DNA of 64,000 bases from positions 64,001-128,000 of the forward strand of contig JAWOCD010000057.1 of assembly GCA_046483985.1 (NCBI GenBank), written 5' to 3'. Origin of the DNA: Promethearchaeia archaeon (GTDB taxonomy: Archaea; Asgardarchaeota; Lokiarchaeia; Sigyniarchaeales; SOKP01). The notes beneath the pieces are model-generated. The model was not told the origin of the DNA and did not search any database. It was given only the letters and a program-made list of their open reading frames with translations. A program made the position numbers and the translations under genes. Below are positions 1 to 9,368 of the stretch, piece after piece (the first letter of the stretch is position 1; every line of letters starts with the position of its first letter).

Positions 1-306
1 AGATTAAAGAATTTCGATTTGTTAAGTAATATAGTCTCACGCATCTACCGAAATCTTGAAATATTAGATTTTTCAAAGGATATGAATTATGATTTAATCA
101 GTGAAATTTTTTACTCATGTGAGAGTCTAAAACTGATAAATTGTATAGAAACCGAGGAAATGATCAAACATCTTGCAAAATATTTATTTCCAGATGTCGT
201 CATAAGAGAGGTATTACAAACCGAAAAGGATTTTACAGAGCAGAAAAAAAGTACTAAATTTCGTCATTTAAAGATTAATAAAATAACAGGCGAAACAATC
301 TATTAA
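1..306 (+). CDS. 3' part of a hypothetical protein (runs off the window start), possibly mobile-element associated
   Basis: Frame is open from position 1 to TAA at 304-306; immediately followed by an imperfect hairpin (311-336) and a tnpB remnant. Confidence 0.45.
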   Translation, partial: RLKNFDLLSNIVSRIYRNLEILDFSKDMNYDLISEIFYSCESLKLINCIETEEMIKHLAKYLFPDVVIREVLQTEKDFTEQKKSTKFRHLKINKITGETIY

Positions 307-322
307 TAAAGTTCATGGTCTT

Positions 323-606
323 TTAGTCCGTGAATTGCTCTGTATTGGATGGAACTTCTTTACCTTTATCAAAAAAGGATTGTCTCCTGTAATAATTAGC
401 CAAGTTCCAAATAGCACTACTCCGAACTAAAAGTTCCTTAAGAATCGGTTATTGTTGGTTTGTAGGTTTCAATTCTAAGGTATCAATCCGAAGCAGTGTA
501 TAATTATAAGGGAGATATTGACTAATTTAAAAATATGGTCTTAAGATATTTAGTGAATTGAACGGAAAATTCATCTCCATCCTAAAGGATGGAGTTCTCT
601 TCTGCT
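323..606 (-). mobile_element. IS200/IS605-family remnant: end hairpin plus truncated, stop-containing tnpB 5' fragment
   Basis: Hairpin CTCCATCCT-AA-AGGATGGAG at 575-594 in an AATTCATC..CTAAAG context; minus frame 496->323 reads LLRIDTLELKPTNQQ*PILKELLVRSSAIWNLANYYRRQSFFDKGKEVPS, which resembles TnpB N-termini. Confidence 0.7.
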
Positions 607-714
607 TTTTTGATAAACTTCTTCTTCTTCTTTTTAAGGATCAAAATCTTAAGTTAATCCATATTTAGTATACTTAATTATGTTAAGTAAAAACTGATGA
701 GTATCGAATAAATT

Positions 715-2196
715 ATGAAAAAATTAGAAGAAAGTTTTGAAATTACTTATAAAGATAAGCGCGCTGAGATTAAAGACTTAGAAGAGACGAAAGAAAGATT
801 ACAAAAACTCATTGGAGAACAGAACGTTTCAACTAAGGAAGTAGATTTACTTGCTTATACCCAAGATACTACTCTTATAACCCTTAATTGGCTCATGGAA
901 GGAAAATTGGCGGGGCTACCAGCAATAGTTACTTGGCCCGAGACTACAGAACATATTTCGGATATTCTCAAATATTGTAGTGAGAAGGAGATACCGATAG
1001 TACCCTATGCTGAAGGAAGTGGAGTTGTTGGGGGAGCAATCCCAGTAAGGGGTGGAATTATCTTGGATATGAAGAAATTCAATCAAATACTTGAGATTAA
1101 TGATAAAAATCTCTCCGTAACCGTTCAGACCGGTATAAATGGGATGAACCTTGAACGAGCACTAAGGGCAAAAGGATACACCTCAGGACATATACCCCAA
1201 TCCCTATATACCTCTTCCGTAGGCGGATATATTGCTCATAGGGCCGCTGGTCAGTTCAGTACAAAATATGGAAAGATTGAGGACATGGTAATGGGTATGG
1301 AAATTGTCTTACCAGAAGGAGATATCATCAATTTTAAAACAATGGTAGCCGCTTCTACCGGTCCTCAATTAGATAAAGTATTTATCGGTGGAGAAGGAAC
1401 GCTCGGAGTAGTAACCGAAGCAACCCTAAAAATCTGGCCTTACCCCGAGAAGCGTGCATTTGTATCTTATTCTTTTCCCACATTAGACGATTCTTTGGAG
1501 GCAACCCGTAACATCTTAAGAAAACACGTATACCCCGCCGTAATAAGGATATATGACGATAAAGAAACCAAGAGACATTTTGGAAGGGCAAAAAATGATG
1601 TTATGGTTGTTTTTGTCTGTGAAGGAGACTCTAAATTAGTGAATTTAGAAGAGGAAATAACCCGAGAGGTATGTGAGGAGAATAACGGATATGATGAAGG
1701 GGAAGAACCAGTAGAACATTGGTTTGAAACTCGATTTAATGTCAAAGAAACGTCGATGTTTCCTCCTTATAAAATGATTGCAGATACTATTGAGGTTGCT
1801 GTGATGTGGGACAAGGCATCGGAACTCTATGATAAGGTAATTGAATCTACGAGTAATGTGAAGGGAAATCTGTTGATTTCCGCTCATATTTCTCACTTTT
1901 ATCCAAATGGAGTAGGATATTATTTTACCTTTGGAGGGATCCCCCCAGATGATAAAAGTGGATTTGATTTTTATAAAGAATGCTGGGATGCCACAGTAGA
2001 AGCAGTTGAAGATGTTGGCGGATCGTTCGGACATCATCATGGCGTTGGAATAAACCGATCTCATTGGATGCACAAAGAATGGGGGAAAGGTTTTGAAACT
2101 CTAAAAAAATTTAAAAAATTATTAGATCCAAAAAATATACTTAATCCAGGTAAAATATATGAACCCACGTGGGAAGAACAACGAGGTGATAAATAA
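715..2196 (+). CDS. FAD-binding oxidoreductase, alkyl-dihydroxyacetonephosphate synthase (AGPS)-like / GlcD family
   Basis: GSGVVGG FAD loop, GHIPQS..SSVGG, GEGTLGVVTEA, HHHGVG, LDPKNILNPGK. Confidence 0.85.
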   Translation: MKKLEESFEITYKDKRAEIKDLEETKERLQKLIGEQNVSTKEVDLLAYTQDTTLITLNWLMEGKLAGLPAIVTWPETTEHISDILKYCSEKEIPIVPYAEGSGVVGGAIPVRGGIILDMKKFNQILEINDKNLSVTVQTGINGMNLERALRAKGYTSGHIPQSLYTSSVGGYIAHRAAGQFSTKYGKIEDMVMGMEIVLPEGDIINFKTMVAASTGPQLDKVFIGGEGTLGVVTEATLKIWPYPEKRAFVSYSFPTLDDSLEATRNILRKHVYPAVIRIYDDKETKRHFGRAKNDVMVVFVCEGDSKLVNLEEEITREVCEENNGYDEGEEPVEHWFETRFNVKETSMFPPYKMIADTIEVAVMWDKASELYDKVIESTSNVKGNLLISAHISHFYPNGVGYYFTFGGIPPDDKSGFDFYKECWDATVEAVEDVGGSFGHHHGVGINRSHWMHKEWGKGFETLKKFKKLLDPKNILNPGKIYEPTWEEQRGDK

Positions 2197-3474
2197 ATGG
2201 GAATATTCAAGAAAATCAAAAAATATAAATGGATGGTACCCGTAATTGCGAAGGCTGATCGCGATATAAGAAGGAAATTGTTTAAAAACTTCAGAAAGAA
2301 AAAGGAAAATTTTTACCCAGAAGAAGATGTTCACGCTGACGTGAAAAATTTGATTAATTGTATGTTATGTCCTAATATGTGCCGATTTGACTGCGGGTCC
2401 TTACAAGCAGCATGTTCTGAAACAATGAGTCCGGCTTATAAAAGCCGAATAGGATATTATTTGACAACTGGACAAATTGATCCCAGTAATCCGGAAAACC
2501 AGGAATTTGTTGATCTGATGTATATGTGTTCCAACGAAGAAAACTGCAAAATTTGGTGTCCGTTTGACTTTTCGGTGGTTTCCCTATTGGAAACTGTACG
2601 AGAGGACCTTAATGAACAGGAATTAATGCCAGATTACATAAAGCCCATTATCGAAAGTCTAAAAGAATATGATACCCCAGAAAAGGAAAATATATATATG
2701 ACCTATAAGGAAAAGGGGATTGAAAACATCGAAACAGACGGTAATGATGACGTATTCTATTATATTGGGTGTGAAATGATGAAGTATCCCAATGTGGTAA
2801 ATGCAAACATTAAGATTTTAAAAAAGGCAGGGATTAAATTTTCTACAAATTTAGAAAGAAAAATATGCTGTGGGAGTCCCGCATTTAACATTAGAGATAT
2901 GAATACCGCAGTTGATTTTGCAGAAAGAAATAAAGAATTGATTAAAGATACTGGAGCAGATATTGTAGTGTCTGATTGTCCTGGTTGTATAGAAACTCTC
3001 ACCAAAAAATATGATGAACAAGGAGTAAAAATCCGGAGAACCGATATTTATCACATTGTCAAGTACGTAAGCAATCTCTTAGATGAGGGAAAAATCAAAT
3101 TTGAAAAAGAAATCCCTGAAGAATACAGTAAGATCGTCTATCATGACCCGTGTCTGTTGGCCCGGAATCAAAACGACACAGATTCTGTAAGAAATATTAT
3201 TGAGCACATTCCAGGACTCGAACTGGTCGAACCCATCTATAATAAGAAAGATACGCATTGTTGTGGATGGTCTGGTACTCTTCATTGGGCGGATAGAGAG
3301 ATCTCTACCAAGGAAGCAGAAAATCGAGTAGATGAACTAAAAGATACAAGAGCAAAGAAAATTGTCACCGCATGTCCTCAATGTGAGATCGGACTGAATT
3401 ATGGAGTACGAGAAGAAGATAAAGATTCCTTACAAATTATGGATATCTCTGAATTGATAGCAAAAGTAATATAA
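2197..3474 (+). CDS. Fe-S oxidoreductase with two CCG domains (GlpC/GlcF/HdrD-like)
   Basis: CMLCPNMC..C; CCG motifs (ICCGSP, HCCGWSG); YHDPC; ACPQC; abuts the upstream gene. Confidence 0.85.
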   Translation: MGIFKKIKKYKWMVPVIAKADRDIRRKLFKNFRKKKENFYPEEDVHADVKNLINCMLCPNMCRFDCGSLQAACSETMSPAYKSRIGYYLTTGQIDPSNPENQEFVDLMYMCSNEENCKIWCPFDFSVVSLLETVREDLNEQELMPDYIKPIIESLKEYDTPEKENIYMTYKEKGIENIETDGNDDVFYYIGCEMMKYPNVVNANIKILKKAGIKFSTNLERKICCGSPAFNIRDMNTAVDFAERNKELIKDTGADIVVSDCPGCIETLTKKYDEQGVKIRRTDIYHIVKYVSNLLDEGKIKFEKEIPEEYSKIVYHDPCLLARNQNDTDSVRNIIEHIPGLELVEPIYNKKDTHCCGWSGTLHWADREISTKEAENRVDELKDTRAKKIVTACPQCEIGLNYGVREEDKDSLQIMDISELIAKVI

Positions 3475-3498
3475 TAACTAAAAAAGAAGTGATATTAA

Positions 3499-5052
3499 AT
3501 GGCAACAAAATCGTATATTCTCACCTTAGATATAGGGACAACGAACATAAAGGCCTTTCTCTTCGATAAGAAGGGGGAAATATTCGATTCCGCGAAAAGG
3601 CGTCCGGAATATATCTTAGATGAGCCTGGCAAAGTTGAGCAAGATCCGCAAGAGATTTGGAGATTTAGTAAAGAAACGATACAAGAGGTTATTGCTTCAA
3701 ATAATTTGACCTCCAAAGATATTGAAAGCATAGCGATCTCGACTCAAAGGGCCAGTTTTTGTATGTGGGATAAAGATTCGGGAGAATTACTCACCAATAT
3801 CATCACTTGGCAAGATAAACGAGCAGCTGCCTTTGCTGAGAAGATGACAAACAGTCTCTTATTTAAGTTTGTTCGCGGATTGACCAAATTCATTTCCTTT
3901 TTGTCCAGTAATCCCAAATGGATAACGGCTTCCATGCTGGAATTTAATTCTGATCACGCTTCGGCACGAACAGGATATATCCTAAAGAATAACCCAGAGC
4001 TGAAGGAAAAGGTAAGAGACCCATCCAATAATATTGCATGGGGCACTATTGACACATGGATACTCTGGAATCTAACAGAAGGGAGGATCCATGCAACGGA
4101 TTATTCGAATGCCTCTTCCACGGGACTACTGGATCCCTTTTCTCTGGGTTGGAATGATTTAGCGCTTAAGGCTTTTGAAATTCCCACTCATATCTTACCA
4201 GAGGTCAGGGAGACGAGAGGAAATTTTGGAGAAACCAGTCTCATAGACGGTGACCCCATTCCAATTAGATCGGTTATCGCCGATCAACAAGCAAGTCTCT
4301 TCGGCCAAGGATGTTTTAATTTCGGCGATATGAAAGTGACCAATGGAACTGGTTCCTTTGTCGATATAAATACCGGAAATAAACCATTTGCGTCGAGGAG
4401 AAAATTATACCCCTTAGTTGCCTGGGTTGTTAATGGAAAAGCTTATTATATGTTAGAAGGATTAAGCCATAATACCGGCAATATCATCGATTGGATTCAA
4501 AATGAGTTGGAATTATATGACGATCCCGCTGAAACAGAGAAAATGGCTTTATCTGTGGACTCAACAAATGGAGTATACTTTTTACCCACATTTACCAGTG
4601 GAATTAGTTTTCCCTATTGGGACCCAAGCGCTAGAGGAAATATATTTGGTATTTCGTTAGACACCAAGAAGGAGCACATAGTTAGAGCAGTTTTAGAAGG
4701 TATTGGTTTCCGGATTAAAGATTTTGTGGAAGGAATTAAAGAAGATACAGGAATTAGAGTAAATGAAATAAAAACAGACGGAGGAGTCTCACAGAATAGG
4801 TTCCTTTTACAATTTATGAGTGATATTTTGGGTACTACAGTAAAACATTCCAGTCAACCAGAAACAACAGCTCTCGGTGCAGCGTTTATGGCGGGACTTG
4901 AATCAGGCTTTTGGGCATCGAAAGAAGAGATACTTAACATAAATACCTTTGAAGAGGTATATTACCCTAAAATGAGCGAGGAAAAGCGAAATGAGAAATA
5001 TTCTTCCTGGAAAGATATTATCGCGCGTTCTCTGGACTATAATAATGTATAA
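3499..5052 (+). CDS. FGGY carbohydrate kinase, glycerol kinase 5 (GK5)-like
   Basis: DIGTT, WQDKRA, GTIDTW, TDYSNASSTGL, DQQASLFG, DGGVSQN; carries a GK5-type insertion after WQDxR. Confidence 0.9.
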   Translation: MATKSYILTLDIGTTNIKAFLFDKKGEIFDSAKRRPEYILDEPGKVEQDPQEIWRFSKETIQEVIASNNLTSKDIESIAISTQRASFCMWDKDSGELLTNIITWQDKRAAAFAEKMTNSLLFKFVRGLTKFISFLSSNPKWITASMLEFNSDHASARTGYILKNNPELKEKVRDPSNNIAWGTIDTWILWNLTEGRIHATDYSNASSTGLLDPFSLGWNDLALKAFEIPTHILPEVRETRGNFGETSLIDGDPIPIRSVIADQQASLFGQGCFNFGDMKVTNGTGSFVDINTGNKPFASRRKLYPLVAWVVNGKAYYMLEGLSHNTGNIIDWIQNELELYDDPAETEKMALSVDSTNGVYFLPTFTSGISFPYWDPSARGNIFGISLDTKKEHIVRAVLEGIGFRIKDFVEGIKEDTGIRVNEIKTDGGVSQNRFLLQFMSDILGTTVKHSSQPETTALGAAFMAGLESGFWASKEEILNINTFEEVYYPKMSEEKRNEKYSSWKDIIARSLDYNNV

Positions 5053-5215
5053 ATAACTTATTTTTTTATAATCTTTCTCTTTTTTTAAATTTCTAATTTC
5101 ATTTATGAAACTTTAATAACTTGAGATCTCTTTTAAATACGTTTTTGAAAAAATATATGAGAGATTAATAATTTTCTAAATCAACATAATTAACAATTTG
5201 ATAAATGGTTAAACA

Positions 5216-6052
5216 ATGCCTTTTTTCGAAAATGTAGAGGGTTACAGACTATATTTTGAGGATATCAACCCAGAAAACGCGAAAGAAGGCACTATCGTCC
5301 TTATTCATGGGTTTGCATCATCCGCTTCATTCTTTAAGGAACAAATCGAAGTATTGAAGAAGTATTATCGGATAATCGCATTTGATGCCTTGGGACATGG
5401 AAGAAGCGAACATCCGCCTGAAAGTCTCGACAACTTGAAAAAGAACCTAAGAGATGATATTATTAGAGATTTAGAAGATCTCTTAAAACATTTAAATGTA
5501 AAAGGAAAAATAGGACTAATTGGACATTCCATGGTTGGCGGAATGACCGCTCAATTTATCTGCATGAAACATCCCGAGAAAGTAAAGTTCTTAATTTTAT
5601 TGAATTCGGGGTATATCATCATTGACAATACCATCCGGAACATTTTCTATAATCTTTTGCCTTATTTTATCAGAATGAATTTTCTTGAAGTCGTGGCTAA
5701 TTCCATAGAAAATGTAATAGATAACACTATTCCTTATATAAAAACGGCATTAGCAGAATCATATGATGAATTTCACCCTTCAAATGATAAACTTACAATG
5801 TTAATTGAAGAGCAGATCTTCAGTATGATCAAGGAGATCAAAGAATATGACCCGAAGATTATAAAATGCCCCACCTTGATAATAGGGGGAAGACTAGATA
5901 ATTTTGCTCCAGAACAGATGTCTGAAAGACTTCATGAAATGATCCCCCATTCCAAACTTCAGATAATCGATATGGCTGGACACTTTGCACCCGCCCAGAG
6001 AAAATCACGCGTTAATGAGTTAATATGTGATTTTATTAGGGATATAGAATAA
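5216..6052 (+). CDS. Alpha/beta hydrolase
   Basis: LIHGF, DALGHGRS, GHSMVGG nucleophile elbow, GRLD, AGH. Confidence 0.85.
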   Translation: MPFFENVEGYRLYFEDINPENAKEGTIVLIHGFASSASFFKEQIEVLKKYYRIIAFDALGHGRSEHPPESLDNLKKNLRDDIIRDLEDLLKHLNVKGKIGLIGHSMVGGMTAQFICMKHPEKVKFLILLNSGYIIIDNTIRNIFYNLLPYFIRMNFLEVVANSIENVIDNTIPYIKTALAESYDEFHPSNDKLTMLIEEQIFSMIKEIKEYDPKIIKCPTLIIGGRLDNFAPEQMSERLHEMIPHSKLQIIDMAGHFAPAQRKSRVNELICDFIRDIE

Positions 6053-6089
6053 CTTTTTTTAGAAAATTAAATTTCTTGCTAAACTTAAA

Positions 6090-6473
6090 ATGTCAGAGAA
6101 AAAGAGAATAAAATTTAAATTCGATAAAGATACCAGTATGTCATTTTTCAAAAAGAGAGTAAGGAAATTTGTGGATGAGCGAGGATGGAACGAATATCAT
6201 AACCCTAAAAATTTAATTCAAGCGATGCAAATTGAAGCAGCAGAACTATCAGAATTATTTCTATTCAATGAGAAAAATTATGAGGAAATTATAAACGATA
6301 AACACTTGATGGAAGATATTAGCGATGAAGTTGCCGATGTTTTCATATATTTAATCAGTTTCGTTAATTCTCTTGATATCGATTTAACCCGTGCTTTTCT
6401 GCAAAAGATGAAAAAAAACAAAGAAAAATACGATTTAGAAGAATTTAATGAAGGAAAATACTATAAAAAATAA
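6090..6473 (+). CDS. MazG-like nucleotide pyrophosphohydrolase (dCTPase/DCTPP1-like)
   Basis: FVDERGW..YHNPKNL, EAAELSE, DEVADV, KMKKNKEKY. Confidence 0.85.
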   Translation: MSEKKRIKFKFDKDTSMSFFKKRVRKFVDERGWNEYHNPKNLIQAMQIEAAELSELFLFNEKNYEEIINDKHLMEDISDEVADVFIYLISFVNSLDIDLTRAFLQKMKKNKEKYDLEEFNEGKYYKK

Positions 6474-6567
6474 ATATTTATTCATAAATCCGCGATTTGA
6501 AAATATTGTTAGAAAATTAATAAATTCAAATGAAATTAATTAATAAAAATGGCTCATTAATATCATT

Positions 6568-7545
6568 ATGGTTGTAAATAACGCCGAAGATTTGATTAAA
6601 CAGCAATTTGAGAATACCTTAAAAGAAACGAATTTTGAGGGACTGGGAAAGCTATATCGAGGTAAGGTAAGGGATAATTATATTAAAGAAGATAACCGAA
6701 TCATTATTGCTAGCGATCGCCTTTCCTCATTTGACCGTGTCATCACCACAATTCCCTTTAAAGGGCAGATGCTAAACCAGATTTCTGCATTCTGGTTTGA
6801 CAAAACAAGTCATATAGTCAAAAATCATTTAATTGATGTACCCGATCCAAATGTATCAGTGGTTCATCAGTGTGAAACCATCCCAGTGGAAATGGTCGTA
6901 AGAGCATATATTACGGGTTCAATGTGGCGAGCATATAAAAAAGGAAAACCAACTTCAGGGATAATGCCTCCCGAAGGAATGCAAAAAAATCAAAAACTTG
7001 ATGAGATCATTGTTACCCCATCAACTAAAGCAGAGTCTGGTCACGATATTTATCTCCCTAAAGAGGAAATTATTGAGCGAGAGATGGTCGATGAAGAAAT
7101 CTATGAAAAGATGGAAGAGGCTACAGTGAGCTTGTTTAAGTTCGGTCAAGATTTCTGCAAGAAAAATGGACTTATCTTAGTTGATACGAAATATGAATTT
7201 GGGCTGCTTGACGGCGAATTAATTGTAATTGATGAGATTCACACACAAGATTCTTCAAGGTTCTGGCTTGCCGAATCTTATGAAGAACGATTTAATGCAG
7301 GAGAAGAACCAGAAATTCTTGATAAAGAAATATTTCGCGGCTGGTTAATGGACACCTATCCCGACATCTTTCCACATATTAAAAAGGATCAAGAGATTCC
7401 GCCCATTTCAGATAATATTAAAATAGAATTAGCAAAGCGATACATGAGAAGTTATGAACGCTTGACTGGAAAGGAATTCGAGCCAGTAGTGGGAGCTGTT
7501 ACGGAGCGAATTCAGAAAAATCTGAAAGAAAAAAATTATTTATAA
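6568..7545 (+). CDS. purC: SAICAR synthase
   Basis: GKVRDNY, SDRLSSFD, PVEMVVRAYITGS, LVDTKYEFG, DEIHTQDSSRFW, DKE. Confidence 0.95.
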   Translation: MVVNNAEDLIKQQFENTLKETNFEGLGKLYRGKVRDNYIKEDNRIIIASDRLSSFDRVITTIPFKGQMLNQISAFWFDKTSHIVKNHLIDVPDPNVSVVHQCETIPVEMVVRAYITGSMWRAYKKGKPTSGIMPPEGMQKNQKLDEIIVTPSTKAESGHDIYLPKEEIIEREMVDEEIYEKMEEATVSLFKFGQDFCKKNGLILVDTKYEFGLLDGELIVIDEIHTQDSSRFWLAESYEERFNAGEEPEILDKEIFRGWLMDTYPDIFPHIKKDQEIPPISDNIKIELAKRYMRSYERLTGKEFEPVVGAVTERIQKNLKEKNYL

Positions 7546-7589
7546 AAATAGAAAAAACTTAAATACTTCCTTACTCAATTTTTTTTTAT

Positions 7590-7811
7590 ATGTCGCTCGT
7601 AATTATTCTTTTGTTTATTAATTTCTCCTCTCTAACGCTGGGATTTCTTTTTATTTTAATGGAAACTATAAATCCCAATGAGAGAGAAGAAAGCACACAA
7701 GATCAGGAAAGCGAGGAAGAAAAGCCAAACTTTCCTCCATATTGTCAATATAGTTTAGGATTTAGCTTCTTGGCAATGATTATCTTATCAATTATGAGTC
7801 TGTTCGCTTGA
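7590..7811 (+). CDS. Small two-TM hypothetical membrane protein
   Basis: Two hydrophobic segments flanking an acidic loop; its stop codon lies inside an IS end motif. Confidence 0.5.
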   Translation: MSLVIILLFINFSSLTLGFLFILMETINPNEREESTQDQESEEEKPNFPPYCQYSLGFSFLAMIILSIMSLFA

Positions 7812-7955
7812 ACTACCCTAACCCTTAAGGGCGTGGATTCGTAATTAATCGAGAATTGCTGACCTAACATCAACTTTCCATCCTCTACAAACACATTCAC
7901 CATAGTCCTTACGGTAGAATCATCGTTTTTAATAACCTACTCTTAAATATTAGGT
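7809..7955 (-). mobile_element. IS200/IS605 right-end remnant with a degenerate TnpB reRNA/omegaRNA-like segment
   Basis: Minus strand: decayed N-I-L-R-V-G-like tnpB tail, then TACCGTAAGGACTATGGTGAATGTGTTTGTAGAGGATGG...GAATCCACGCCCTTAAGGGTTAGGGTAGTTCA, the typical layout of tnpB 3' ends. Confidence 0.65.
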
Positions 7956-8387
7956 GTTATATGAGATAATAAACCCCTTTAATTTACTCTTTAAAAGATA
8001 TTCTATCTCTTCTTTAAGAGTAGAGCTGCTTTCACATAAGCGTCTTCATCAATGAAATCTCTGCTTGGCGTTGAGAGGATCTTCTAATTTTACTTGGACT
8101 TTTTCTTTTTTATCTTTACGCTGACTTCTGTGTCAAAAGAGTATTTAGCACTGGGGAAGGCAGAAACAAGAAAATCATCAATATTTCCAGAGGGCTAAAA
8201 AAAAAGAAAATTTTTAAAAGTATATTATCAGATTTCTAAAAGACAATTCATAGGGTCGTGAGGCTTTACAAATATTGGATATTGACATGCAATATTATTT
8301 ATTGCTAAATAAATTAATTAAAATGTAGCAAATCTTTTTTTATTACATCTATAGATGGAAAATTAATGGTAATATAAGTTAGCTAAG

Positions 8388-8651
8388 ATGGATTATATAG
8401 TAGAAATAGTATTGGAAAATAAACCTCAAGCAAGAGATCCCGTAGGACAAACAATCCAAAAGGATTTAATTGCCAAAAAGGGGTATGAGATGATCTCAAA
8501 TGTGCGATCTGGACAATATTTAAGGATAAAGGTTAAAGCAGAAGATAAAGATAAGGCTAAACAAATTGTTGAAGATATGTGTAATGATCTACGTATTTTT
8601 AATCCCGTTACTCAAAATTTAAATATTCTTAATGTAAGAAAACAAGATTAA
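8388..8651 (+). CDS. purS: FGAM synthase subunit PurS
   Basis: DPVGQTI, NPV motifs; first gene of purS-purQ-purL. Confidence 0.93.
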   Translation: MDYIVEIVLENKPQARDPVGQTIQKDLIAKKGYEMISNVRSGQYLRIKVKAEDKDKAKQIVEDMCNDLRIFNPVTQNLNILNVRKQD

Positions 8652-8654
8652 AAG

Positions 8655-9368
8655 ATGACAATTAAAGTAGCTGTTATTCAATTCCCCGGCTCAAATTGCG
8701 ATCGAGATACTGTTTATGTGTTAAATAATGTAATACAGGATGTGGAAGCATCTCTTATATGGCATGCCGAGTTTGAAGAATCGGAATTTGATGCGGTTGT
8801 AATGCCAGGTGGATTTTCTTTCGGAGATTATTTACGCTCCGGAATTATTGCTGCACATAGCCCCGCAATGGACGAAGCTCGTATCATGCTAAAGGATGGA
8901 CGTCCAATTATCGGGATATGTAATGGATTCCAAATTCTGACAGAGGCTCAATTTCTTCCCGGTGCCCTTCTCCAGAATGACTCATTAAGATTCATCTGTA
9001 AGTGGCTCAATATCAAGGTCAAGAATAATAAGACTGCGTTTACCAATAAAATGGATCTTAATGATGTAATAGATATTCCCATTGCTCACGGAGAAGGTCG
9101 ATATTATACAGATAAACTAAAAGAGCTGGAAGAGAATAATCAAATTGTATTTCAATATAGTGATTCAACGGGAGAAACGGGAGAAAAATCAAATCCAAAT
9201 GGTTCCCTAAATAACATTGCGGGAGTATGCAATTTAGAAGGAAATTGTTTGGGATTAATGCCGCATCCAGAACGAGCTTCCGAATCCATATTAAGTCCAA
9301 AAGGTACCACACATGGCAAATTATTTTTTGAATCTATGATAAACTTTATCAAGCAAGGAGGTGTCTAG
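8655..9368 (+). CDS. purQ: FGAM synthase glutaminase subunit PurQ
   Basis: FPGSNCD, PGGFSFGDYLR, GICNGFQIL, AHGEG, MPHPER. Confidence 0.97.
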   Translation: MTIKVAVIQFPGSNCDRDTVYVLNNVIQDVEASLIWHAEFEESEFDAVVMPGGFSFGDYLRSGIIAAHSPAMDEARIMLKDGRPIIGICNGFQILTEAQFLPGALLQNDSLRFICKWLNIKVKNNKTAFTNKMDLNDVIDIPIAHGEGRYYTDKLKELEENNQIVFQYSDSTGETGEKSNPNGSLNNIAGVCNLEGNCLGLMPHPERASESILSPKGTTHGKLFFESMINFIKQGGV

